In this document: one piece after another, positions 37,285 through 47,949 of the stretch
How positions within the stretch are numbered: position 1 is the first letter of the stretch
Layout: each line of letters opens with the position of its first letter
Source: Amphiscolops sp. MND2022
Taxonomy: Eukaryota
Length of the DNA stretch: 64,000 bases
Assembly (NCBI GenBank): GCA_964187785.1
Contig: OZ076409.1
Location: 43,650,001-43,714,000, forward strand
Reading direction: 5' to 3'
Program-made: the position numbers and the translations under genes
The notes under the pieces: model-generated
Database searches by the model: none
Seen by the model: the letters and a program-made list of their open reading frames with translations, nothing else
What the model was told of the DNA's origin: nothing

Positions 37285-39173
37285 TGTGGAAATGTTAGTT
37301 TTTGGCGTCTACGAAAACCCATTGCGTTTGCGCAAAGTACAAACGATCGACAGAAATATATTAATCATGTTTTTAGACCATCGAAATGGTAAAAGCAGCT
37401 GAAATGGCTGACCAAAGCGTACTTTATTAAAGCTCATTTGGCAAACTTGATGTTTACTTGGCAAACGAAACTTCTTAGCTGAAACTATAAGCTAAAGAGT
37501 GACGTCGACAATGAAATTGTTCGAATCGGCTAAATCAGAGTTGAAACTCTGAGAGCGAATTTTACTAAGTCTCACTTTCGAGCGAAAATATTCTAAGATA
37601 CGCTAGGAAAAACCAATCATCAATTTTCTGCAAACCCCCCCCCAAACGGTTTTTCTCAAAGACTATTTATCGTAGAGACTTGAAATTTGGCACACGTATA
37701 CCTGAGCTGTTATGCTACCGATCTATAAAAACGGAACCGAGCCGAGACCCCCCAGCCCCGGACTATTAACACCGGAAGTGACCTAGGTCGACCCCCCCAT
37801 GAACTCGTCGGCTAAGCACGGAATAAGTCATATTATATATGGAATAGATAACCCACATGATCTTAAGCCGTCTGTGTATATTTTCGGAAACCCACAACGC
37901 GTGTAGGAGGAGCAGGGACCCTGAGTAAATAAACCCGGAATATCGTGTAAATAGCCACCAGATGACCGGAAGATCATGAAACTTGCCTAAGATGTTCACC
38001 TAATGACCCTAAGAAAAATACATGAAAGATACATTAATCGGTCCACCACGCGCGGAGTAATGTTTATTTAAGGCACGGGGGACCGGACGCACGGGCCCGA
38101 CCGATGAATGACATTTGACCTTGGCTTGTAATATATCAAACGAACCGGAATGATGAAGGTAGTCGATTTATAACGTGAATGAGACCGTATTTGTAACCCA
38201 TGCCGGGGTAGCCGCCTTAAGTAAACAAATGATACGCATATCATGTAACTCGGGAACTGTTGACCCTAGAATGATATAACTTGGCATGTAGCAACCTTAG
38301 ATGACAACAAATAACTTCAACGTCACCGATGGACCTCAAGGTCATTTTAGATGTAACCCCGGAACGTATGGAAGAACTTGCGATAAAACATGTAAATCAG
38401 CGTCTTTAGGTGATAATTTATGCATTTCAGTCAGGCGAGAGAATTCGCGATGCACCGAGCTCAGAATAAGAGAAGATTACCCCTTACGCGTAGAGAACAT
38501 GTAAACCATGAAATTGAAGGTCATTGAACAATTGTCTCGATATTAGAAATATCTCGGGTGACTTGAATTATTATATATATGTGAACTTTGTGCAACCATT
38601 GTTGAATTATTTGTCGGTGGCGGCAAAGAATGTTTAGCTGAAGTATAAACAGTGGCGTTTGCGATGCCATAAACGGAATATGTAAATATGAAGGTATAAA
38701 TAATGCTAAATTAAGACACCGACGCCCTACATTAGAAATGTCAAAAACGAAATACACAACCGAGTTAGAGAGCTAGAATTCAGATGCGCCTCAGGACGGG
38801 GGCAAGAGATTCGAACTAGCTGGAGTAACTTGTCGTCGTTAACTCCGGGAGTCGGTGACAGAAATTGTACATGTCCGCGACTGGACGATTGTTTGATTCA
38901 GTTGGCTGGATCGTGATATACTTATATATTCGCTGAGTAATCAATTGGAAGATCGTTTTCATCGTGTTTTGTGATTTTATATCAATTTCTAAACTCGATC
39001 ATTCCAACCTACAGTCTCATTGCAAATATAGAGCCGATAGAGCAATTTGGAGAGAAACTAGTGTCAAACTAGTCCTATGAGCAGAAGCAAGAACTCACCA
39101 AATAAAAACCTTTTCTGATAGAGTTAGATCCTTGGGAAATCTCTCCAGCCCTCGCTATCTAAAAACTTCTACA
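37285..39173 (+). repeat. 5' LTR (~1.89 kb)
   Basis: Starts TG after the TSD and ends CTACA just before the PBS; the distal 1.32 kb matches 43685-45000 (~97% by eye). Confidence 0.9.
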
Positions 39174-39174
39174 G

Positions 39175-39193
39175 TGGCGCTCCTGGGTGGGCT
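39175..39193 (+). promoter_or_regulatory. Primer-binding site complementary to the tRNA-Asn 3' end
   Basis: TGGCGCTCCTGGGTGGGCT is the complement of AGCCCACCCAGGAGCG-CCA, matching the conserved metazoan tRNA-Asn(GTT) T-arm/acceptor end (GAGCCCACCC(A/G)GG..CG). Confidence 0.8.
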
Positions 39194-39292
39194 TTGCTTT
39201 GCTCTTGCGTTCTATTGTTACCAGTTACTTTTTACGGCGTCATGGAGTCTAGATATTCCTCATTCAGTTAGAGTTGATACGACAGTTTCATT

Positions 39293-40233
39293 ATGGATCA
39301 GGACGAACGAAGACAGCTACTGGAAGTTGCGGTACTTGCATTCGGCCGAGTAATGAATGGAAATCACAATTGAATTTGCAACAGAGGAACAAATCGACCT
39401 GAGTGCTTTCCGTCCGATTCATTTACTGGTTGGGTGCCATGGAAGTCCCACCTTGCTGCCACGGACGAAGCGAATCGGTGGACCCATGCTGAAGCTATCA
39501 GTGCGCTGCCAGTGTGTTTTAATGGACCAGCCTTGGACGAGTTTAAAGTAGCACCCCAGGAATTGATGACTCAAGTACCGAACTACCCGGCACCTACTTT
39601 ACCAGCATTATTTGAGCACATGGATCAGGCGGTGGGAGTCTTTCGCAATAACAGAGCTAGACAGATCGAATTTGGGTCTCTTGTTCGGAAGGATAACGAG
39701 ACTCTTCTGGAGTTTGCACGCAGAGTCAGAAGCATGGGTTCACTAGTTTTGCCCATCGAGATGTAGATGAACGAGACGAACTTCTGCGTGAGCGATTTTT
39801 GGAGGGACTGAGCAATCTTGAAAATTCAGAGACCTTGTTGCGAGAAGAAACCAGAAGCTTTAGTGAAACGGTTGGTAGGGCAGTTGACCTAGAGAGCATC
39901 TTACGTTCCGCCAGAAGCCACCGGGACGCGAGAACAGCTACAGTGCGCGTGGTGCAAGAAGCTGCGACGTCATCGTTGTCACGAAACCTGAACGACTTGA
40001 AGAAGCAATTGAACGGGCTGATGGTGACAATAAAAGATCTCACAAACGTGATGACACAATTCGTCCTGACTTATGGGGACGATTTTCGAGATGGCCAACT
40101 GCGACCGAAGAACTTAAACTCGCAGGGGCCGGGACACCATCAGATGAAACGTTCATCCCGGCTGTCTCCAGAACAACTGCAAAAGAACCAAGGGAAGCCT
40201 CAAACGTGTCAGAAACGGGCACCGTCAAATTAA
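39293..40233 (+). pseudogene. Gypsy-type gag (capsid), frameshifted
   Basis: ATG at 39293; fragments ANRWTHAEAISALPVCFNGPALDEF, RKDNETLLEFARRVRSM, ELLRERFLEGL, SFSETVGRAVDLE fit retrotransposon capsid helices including the MHR-like segment. Confidence 0.75.
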
Positions 40234-41390
40234 ATTTGGCAGGAATAGAGATGACCGCAGTGTTGGATGCCAGTATGACCGAGAATGTCATAAGCTTCAA
40301 AACTCTGTATGAACTGAAGTCGTTTCCAAAACTCCAGCAATGTGAGAACAACGTGGTCTGGACTGAGAGTGGACCCATTAATATCGTGGCAGAGTCTTGC
40401 CCAAAGGTGTTAGTCGGCCAAGAAGAGGGGTACGTGAACTTTTTGGTATCTCACGATATTGGGCATTCTGCCATCTTGCGATCAACATTCATGGGGGAAC
40501 ACCACTTGATGGGGGCAGCTCACATAAAACCAGAACGGGTTGAGGAAGTTTCAGAGATCATGGAGAACGAAGAACATTTTCAACGACTGGAGAAAGTTGG
40601 ACTGCTGACAACTGCTTTGCTCCGCGGTTCTGTTGGAATATACGGAATCACGACTCCCCATGCAGGAAAGATATCCAGTGATCCGGCAAAATGCATCAAC
40701 GGCCTCGGTACTGCAAGTGGTGAACCTAGGCTAAAAATAAATGAAGGAAATGGGATCATTGGTGGTACGAAAAGTAAATGCACCCACACTAACCCAGAAA
40801 CAAGCGCTTCACCCGCAACCCCCAACTCGATAGCTTCTCGAAGAGAACCCGAAATTCCTATACAATCAAACTGTGAGATACTAGTTGGTTGGGATTCCTC
40901 AGTGCCGGATCAAGCAGACGGCAGACACTGTCACATGAGTGGCGAAGAACTCCCGAGCACTGCTCAAGAAGTGGAGGACGCAATGACTTGGAAGGGCTTC
41001 GAAATGGGAGACGCAGAACCCGGCCAGCTGCCCGAAGAGGGCGACGTGGGTGCACTGGATGCGTATATTGAAGAACCGCTGCCAGAACTTGAGACAGATG
41101 AAGGGTACGAGTTTCCCTCCAAAGAGCTAGATTTTGATGTGCATGAAGTATTGGTTGATGTGAACACGTTTGTCGAGGAGGAACACCCAATGGCTGTGTC
41201 CAATCCAACTACGGTGCAAGACGGAAGATTCGATGATGACTCAGATGATGGAAAGATCGAGGAACTGTTGAAAGAACTGGAAGAGCTCGCCAAACCACGT
41301 GAAAGGTCCGCGGACGATGAAGCGACAATTGATGCGCTACTGCTAGAACTGGAACTCGAGTTGACGTGCTCGAACAAGTCAAGTCGATAA
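40206..41390 (+). CDS. Degenerate retroviral-type aspartic protease fused to a long acidic low-complexity tail
   Basis: VKLNLAGIEMTAVLDASMTENVIS (DTG/DSG replaced by DAS) ... FLVSHDIGHSAILRSTFM (cf. ILGxDFL), followed by ~290 aa of E/D/P-rich sequence. Open for 394 codons. Confidence 0.65.
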   Translation: MSETGTVKLNLAGIEMTAVLDASMTENVISFKTLYELKSFPKLQQCENNVVWTESGPINIVAESCPKVLVGQEEGYVNFLVSHDIGHSAILRSTFMGEHHLMGAAHIKPERVEEVSEIMENEEHFQRLEKVGLLTTALLRGSVGIYGITTPHAGKISSDPAKCINGLGTASGEPRLKINEGNGIIGGTKSKCTHTNPETSASPATPNSIASRREPEIPIQSNCEILVGWDSSVPDQADGRHCHMSGEELPSTAQEVEDAMTWKGFEMGDAEPGQLPEEGDVGALDAYIEEPLPELETDEGYEFPSKELDFDVHEVLVDVNTFVEEEHPMAVSNPTTVQDGRFDDDSDDGKIEELLKELEELAKPRERSADDEATIDALLLELELELTCSNKSSR

Positions 41391-43684
41391 CAGAAGTGAA
41401 AGAAACTGGAACCGTTGTGAACTGCTGGGACGCCTTCGAGGTGTCAGCTCAGAGTACAAGGCAAGTCAAAGAGGCCAGCAGCTCAGAAACTAGGTTTATA
41501 GCGGAAGGGAAGTGCTGTTCCCGAAAATCCCAAACGACTGATAGTCGTGAGCGAGACCCTGCCTTGTCCCCTTTGGAGACACCCAGCAGCAACCAGCCCT
41601 AAAACACAGAAGGCGACTCTGGGAGCCCCTCAGGAAACGTGGAAGACGAAAGACGGCAGAGCAGCAAAAAAGGTTCCCGGTATCCTGCTGGACACCCCAT
41701 CGGAAGCGAAGTAAATGGAAGACCCGATTCAACCCACTGGACATCCGAAGTCTCCAGCAGAAGAAGGGAGCACATCTCCACTCGCGCTGCCAGTGGAAAA
41801 GCGGAAACCGAGCTGACGGCAATGCGTGCCCACCAGACGACGCGGCGATGTACGTGAAACTCCATCCGCCGAACATTTCAGTATATTTTCTGACAAAACC
41901 AATTTCGAACATTCCCTTAATTTTTTTTCTTAAAATTATTGTTGCGAAGTCATCGTAACTTTTGTTGTCAGGCAAATCGAGGTTCCGCCGAAGGCGGTTT
42001 TTTCGCGAGACGATGAAATTGTATCTAGTTTTTTTATGAGTAACTTTTCAGAGGCTGAACTTTGCGGAGCCTAATTCTCTGTTTATATCCATTTTAATGT
42101 ATCAACACCCAACCCTGACCCTAACCCATTTCATTTAATATGTGCCTATGAACAGACCTATACCCCTATCTCGCAAACCCCTACCTTAGTGCTATTCTCT
42201 TTGTTGTTTTGTTAGGCGCGGTAACTAGCCTCAACCAATCCACACTTATCTTCGAACATCTAAATTAGGATCCGTAGGACTACTCCCTTGTGTATTGCCA
42301 AAAAAGAAAGATACAATAAATTGATTTAGTAGGTTAAAGGGAATGAAGCGATGGATGATGAAATTAGGATTGAAAAGATCGTTTTGTTCAAGTGAATTCA
42401 GGATAGGAAATCCGGAGGCGACGTCTTTTTGAAAACTCTTTGAAGCGTTCGTCGGGCCAATCGTAGCCGAATCGTCTGACACTCGACGCTTTCCCCTGGG
42501 ACGGGGAAATTCAGTAGAAACGGGGTAAATTCGACCCAGCCAGGCAACAGATGTTCTAGCAAAAGCTGTTCCCCTCCTTCCAATAATATCCTTATGCCGT
42601 AACCCCCGTCTACACTCAGGTTCTGCGTAGAGAAGATCCTCCGATAGCAAAGGGAAGCCGATCGCAATCGTATTATGATATTCTCATGCATCTTGGTTTC
42701 CACGTATCACGAAATTGAGAAGATGTAAGTGTACAATTTTTTAGTTCCGAAACGTCAAGTTGGCGAAAGCTGATTTTAGGTGAAGGGTAAATTTGCTGAG
42801 TAAACAAAGCTTTCAAGAGCGAAAATTCCTCTCATGTAATAGATGATTCTTTGACGTTGTTCTAAATGTGGATAACTAAGCAAGCAAGTATGGAATCATA
42901 GAAGCCCGTACCCGAATGTTGCGGAAAGTAATAGGATTACAGGAAACAATTGTTTGATCTCTAAACAGCTCTCGAAGCAGTCCTCCATATGAAACACCGC
43001 TAGTACGAAAATTTGAGTATAAGCATCTTTCCTGTTGCGGGTAGAAAGTAAAGTTTGAGTTTGTTGATTACTATTATAGACTAATTTTTCACCATTCTTA
43101 CGGTCATGGCTTATATTGGATTGTATTGGAATTGAGACTGCCGGGGTTTCCACGAAGTGGTGTTGTTAGAGAGGATTTTTTTTACTTCGGGGATGCACCC
43201 ATGATCGCTAGGATCCATTGCTCCGACAGGCTCAGGAGAAGGAACCTAGAAGTCCACCCGGGAACGCGGATGTGGACAAGCCTGCTTGCAACCCTAAGAG
43301 AAATCTTCTCTTTTGCGGGAAACCTCCACCCTGAGCATCGGTTGCAAGTTGGCAAATTAATCATGTTCATGGCTAATTCCAGAAAAGCGCGAGATTAACT
43401 CACTCCCAAAAGTTCTTTTTTTAAATACTCAGGCTCTTTATTCAATCAATAATTTAACTTAAGTTCATTAGTGTACACCCCCCACCCTCTTGCATAGTCG
43501 CTGAAAACTAAATTAGCGAAAATGTTTGTTTTTAGAGTGACATAGGTAAACTAAATGATTTCTTCTATCAATCCATTCTAGTGTTGTTATTTTTGCTCTC
43601 GTTCAATGTATATACTATTCATGGTCGGTGCTATTGACTTCATTTTGGAATGTTCTGACCAATGCCCAACCCATTAATTGAAAG

Positions 43685-45000
43685 CCCACATGACCTTAAG
43701 CCGTCTGCGTATATTTTCGGAAACCCACGACGCGTGTAGGAGGATCAGGGACCCTGAGTAAATAAACCCGGAATGTCGTGTAAATAGCCACCAGATGACC
43801 CGAAGATCATGAAACTTGCCTAGGATGTTCACCTAATAACCCTAAGTAAAATACATGAAAGATACATTAATCGGTCCACCACGCGCGGAGTAATGTTTGT
43901 TTAAGGCACGCGGGACCGGACGCGCGGGCCCGACCGATGAATGACATTTGACCTTGGCTTGTAATATATCAAACGAACCGGAATGATGAAGGTAGTCGAT
44001 TTATAACGTGAATGAGACCGTATTTGTAACCCATGCGGGGGTAGTCGCCTTAAGTAAGCAAATGATACGCAAATCATGTAACTCGGGAACTGTTGACCCT
44101 AGAATGATATAACTTGGCATGTAGCAACCTTAGATAACAACAAATATCTTCAAGGTCACCGATGGACCTCAAGGTCATTTTAGATGTAACCCCGGAACGT
44201 ATGGAAGAACTTGCGATAAAACATGTAAATCAGCGTCTTTAGGTGATAATTTATGCATTTCAGTCAGGCGAGAGAATTCGCGATGCACCGAGCTCAGAAT
44301 AAGAGAAGATTACCCCTTACGCGTAGAGAACATGTAAACCATGAAATTGAAGGTCATTGAACAATTGTCTCGATATTAGAAATGTCTCGGGTGACTTGAA
44401 TTATTATATATATGTGAACTTTGTGCAACCATTGTTCAATTATTTGTCGGTGGCGGCAAAGAATGTTTAGCTGAAGTATAAACAGTGGCGTTTGCGATGC
44501 CATAAACGGAATATGTAAATATGAAGGTATAAATAATGCTAAATTAAGACACCGACGCCCTACAGTAGAAATGTCAAAAACGAAATACACAACCGAGTTA
44601 GAGAGCTAGAATTCAGATGCGCCTCAGGACGGGGGCAAGAGATTCGAACTAGCTGGAGTAACTGGTCGTCGTTAACTCCGGGAGTCAGTGACAGAAATTG
44701 TACAAGTCCGCGACTTGACGATTGTTTGATTCAGTTGGCTGGATCGTGATATACTTATATATTCGCTGAGTAATCAATTGGGAGATCGTTTTCATCGTGT
44801 TCTGTGATTTTATATCAATTTCTAAACTCGATCATTCTAACCTACAGTCTCATTGTGAATATAGAGCCGATAGAGCAATTTGGAGAGAAACTAGTGTCAA
44901 GCTAGTCCTATGAGCAGAAGCAAGAACTCACCGAATAAAAACCTTCTCTGATAGTTAGATCCTTGGGAAATCTCGCCAGCCCTCTCTAAAAATTTCTACA
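43685..45000 (+). repeat. 3' LTR, 5'-truncated (lacks the ~567 bp equivalent to 37285-37851 and the PPT)
   Basis: Homology to the 5' LTR begins abruptly at cccacatga (43685 = 37852). Confidence 0.9.
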
Positions 45001-45896
45001 CCACCCCACGTCATGGAAACTGAGTTTTTGTCTTGTAAATTACACTAAACTTACTTTTTAACAATTCCTGAAGCACAATATTTTTTGAAGTTGCATGAAT
45101 TCAATCAGCTAATGATCTTTGCCAACTTTTCAATATTTTCACAATTTCACGTGTGCAGATTTCAACTTCAGATGAGTGCAAAAACTAAAGTTTTTGAAAG
45201 TTTCTCAGCAAAAAGAAGTTCCGAACATCACATTTTTTGAAAAAAAAATCACAAAAAAAACCTGCAAGCCAATCTAAAAAAACCTGCCAACGTGCGCTTC
45301 TCATTTTGAAGAACTTCATTTTTGCTTCATACATTTTGAAAGCATATAAAGTAGACTGCATTGAAGTGCGCATAAAAAGCACAAAGCATCAGAATAGATC
45401 CGTAGCTTGACTATACATCGGAGCAGAAATGCTTCAAGCTAGTATTGTCTTTTGATGCAGCAAAGATGACCACTCAAATCACCTGTCTTTATCTGGTTTG
45501 ATTTGAACCACATCTAATCAAACGCGGCCGCATGAACAGCAGCGTTGGTATTATAATACCAACCGTACAGTATACCAACAGAAGCGTCGTGTACGCATAC
45601 AATGCGTCTTCTTTCAAAAACGAGCATAGCAACGACACTTTACTGTACGTGCTAAAATTCCTTCGGATTTTTCTTCTCTCGTACCAATAAACTTAGTCTT
45701 TCCAAAGCAGCGCTGCTTATTTAGCAATCAATTCTATTAATCATTCACAAAAAGAAAATCGCCAGTATCTTGCATAAATACGAATTAGCCAAAATTCTGT
45801 GGATTTTCTCACGTGATACATTTTTGTTCACGTGGAAAATTTTGAACGAGTTGGAAATCATTTGTTAGAAGATATATTTTATTTTTGTCTCTCAAA

Positions 45897-46433
45897 ATGG
45901 TTGACATAGCCGTGGCAACCCCAAAACCAGCCTCAGCGCCCGTGCCCTTTCGACCCCTGATGCGTTTGGCCACCGCTTGCGTGGGTCCTGAGCAATGGCA
46001 GAGCGATACGGTGCGAACTTTAAAACTGGGAAGAGCTCTCAACAAAAAGACGGAAAAAGAGCGGGATTATGGTCGCCAACACGACCCCTTACCTATATTA
46101 CGCGACGTCCTAACAAGGCAGGGTAACATGGTGGCGTTTGGTTACGTCAGAGAAGTTCGGGTTGTGGTGATAAAGTTACGAGAAAACCTAATTTTGACCA
46201 ACGAAGAAGTTAAGTTATTGATCAAAGCGAAAGAGGCTTTGCAGAGAATGCTGGATTGTTTGCGCAAAGATATTATAATGAACAAAAAGTGTGTTGAAAT
46301 TAGAAAGACCCGGCCAAAACGGGAGAAAGACACGGACGAGGCTGACAAATGGATAGAAATGGAAAGATGCGAAATCGAAAACCTCAAAAAGATGTTGGAG
46401 GGACATTTGTCTAAAGTTAAAAAGCATCTCATT
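45897..46433 (+). CDS. CCDC105: Tektin-like coiled-coil protein CCDC105/TEKTL1, coding exon 1
   Basis: ATG in aaaATGG context; ATACVGPEQW, PLPILRD, NKKCVEIRKTRPKREKDTDEADKWIEMERCEI (tektin-like RP motif; recalled human [25 protein letters not shown]). 179 codons, then phase-0 donor GTGAGT at 46434. Confidence 0.85.
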
Positions 46434-47613
46434 GTGAGTATATGCATTCGTTTCTTACAATCTTGGCTACAAGTTTTGTTTTAACTTCACGCATTTCATC
46501 TTAGCAAAGAGTTTCATCTTGAAAACTTGCTGTTTCTGCAACCTTATATTTATTTCAACTTCTTTCGATGAGCCAACCAAATGTCGTTACTTGTAAGTGA
46601 AAGTCGCACAAATAGTTAATATTTTTCTCGGATTGTCATTGGGAATTCATTAATTATTACCTAAAGAATAAATAATAAAAAATAACACTTATCACAGCAT
46701 GGAGAATTTTGGGTGTTTTTGTCAATTTTTTTTCGAGTGCCGGAGACAGTCTTGGCAGTCTTGACAAAGCCCAGAACACACAATTATTTCCTAAGTATTA
46801 CCACCCAGAGTGCAACATGATCAGCAAGAGTCAGAAAAAGTGTTGGAATTAAAAGTTAGAAGAAACAATTGAGGCTAAGAACTGTTTTCCTGATGTTGTT
46901 TTCTATCAACAGTGGTTTCCTAGGTACAGTACGAAAAAGTAGGAAAATGCGAGAAATCACAAAAAGCCAAGTGCTGAGTCACTTCTATTTTTCATTTCAT
47001 TTCATTCAGTCAAATAAAAATATTGTCGTAATTTTTCAAAAAGTTTCTGACCATTCTGCTCTTGAGTGCTTCTTTGAGTCAGGAAATTTTGTTCTAGCCA
47101 AATTAGGTGTCCTTAGCTTGGCGCCATGGTGTATCTTTCCATCAAATAACGTGTTTCGCGTTTGTATTAAACCTGTAATCATACAATTCGATAGTTTCTT
47201 GGATTCCATAACTATTCCCACCATCTAATGTTTGGGACTGGAGGAATCAAATTATATGCGATACTCGTATTGACTGTTTTTCGCTGAAACTGAGAAAGTT
47301 TGTTAAGTTTTTGAGGTATTGATAGATTTTTATCAAGCTGATTTGGTGATGAAACCTATAAAGACTTTGCTGTACTGTAAAGTTCGGCATCATGCATTGG
47401 TTCCATTCTTACATACAATTGAGACTTTAAAAGTTTCGTCACCAGTTTTAAACAAAACAATTTCATTTTTATTCCTAGCTGAATCATCTGGAAAAGAATT
47501 CATGCATCGTTTATCACTTGAATTGTATTACTTTCGAAATCATCCATAGTCATAGATGTTTTCTCGTTACATTCAAATCATGATAAAATTGTTCATGGTA
47601 AATGTCATATCTT

Positions 47614-47887
47614 TGAAAAATGAATATTCATCCATGATTATGGTTATGTTGAGAATCCGTTTTTAAGACATGCAGATCGGTGACAAAACTGACACAATTT
47701 GTTAACTATCAAAACACACACATGCATAGCTAGCGTACAGTCGGTTGTTATCGATGAAAAATGAATAATCATCCATGATTATGCCTATATTGAGAATCTG
47801 TTTTCAACACATGCAGATCGGTGACAAAACTGACACAATTTGTTAACTATTAAAACACACACATGCATAGGTAGCGTACAGTCGGTT
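47614..47887. repeat. Tandem duplication, period ~141 bp
   Basis: tgaaaaatgaat..catccatgattatg..catgcagatcggtgacaaaactgacacaattt..tagcgtacagtcggtt occurs at 47614-47747 and 47755-47887. Confidence 0.9.
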
Positions 47888-47949
47888 CCAATCACTGCAA
47901 AGGTTACGTAATTCGATTCAACACGTTCAAAACTATGAATACACAAACG

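Larger units (their letters stand above)
37285..45000 (+). mobile_element. Non-autonomous Gypsy-like LTR element (gag + degenerate protease + acidic tail; no RT/RNase H/integrase)
   Basis: TSD CCACC (37280-37284 and 45001-45005); termini TGTGGAAAT..ATTTCTACA; LTR homology 37852-39173 vs 43685-45000; PBS at 39175. Confidence 0.92.
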
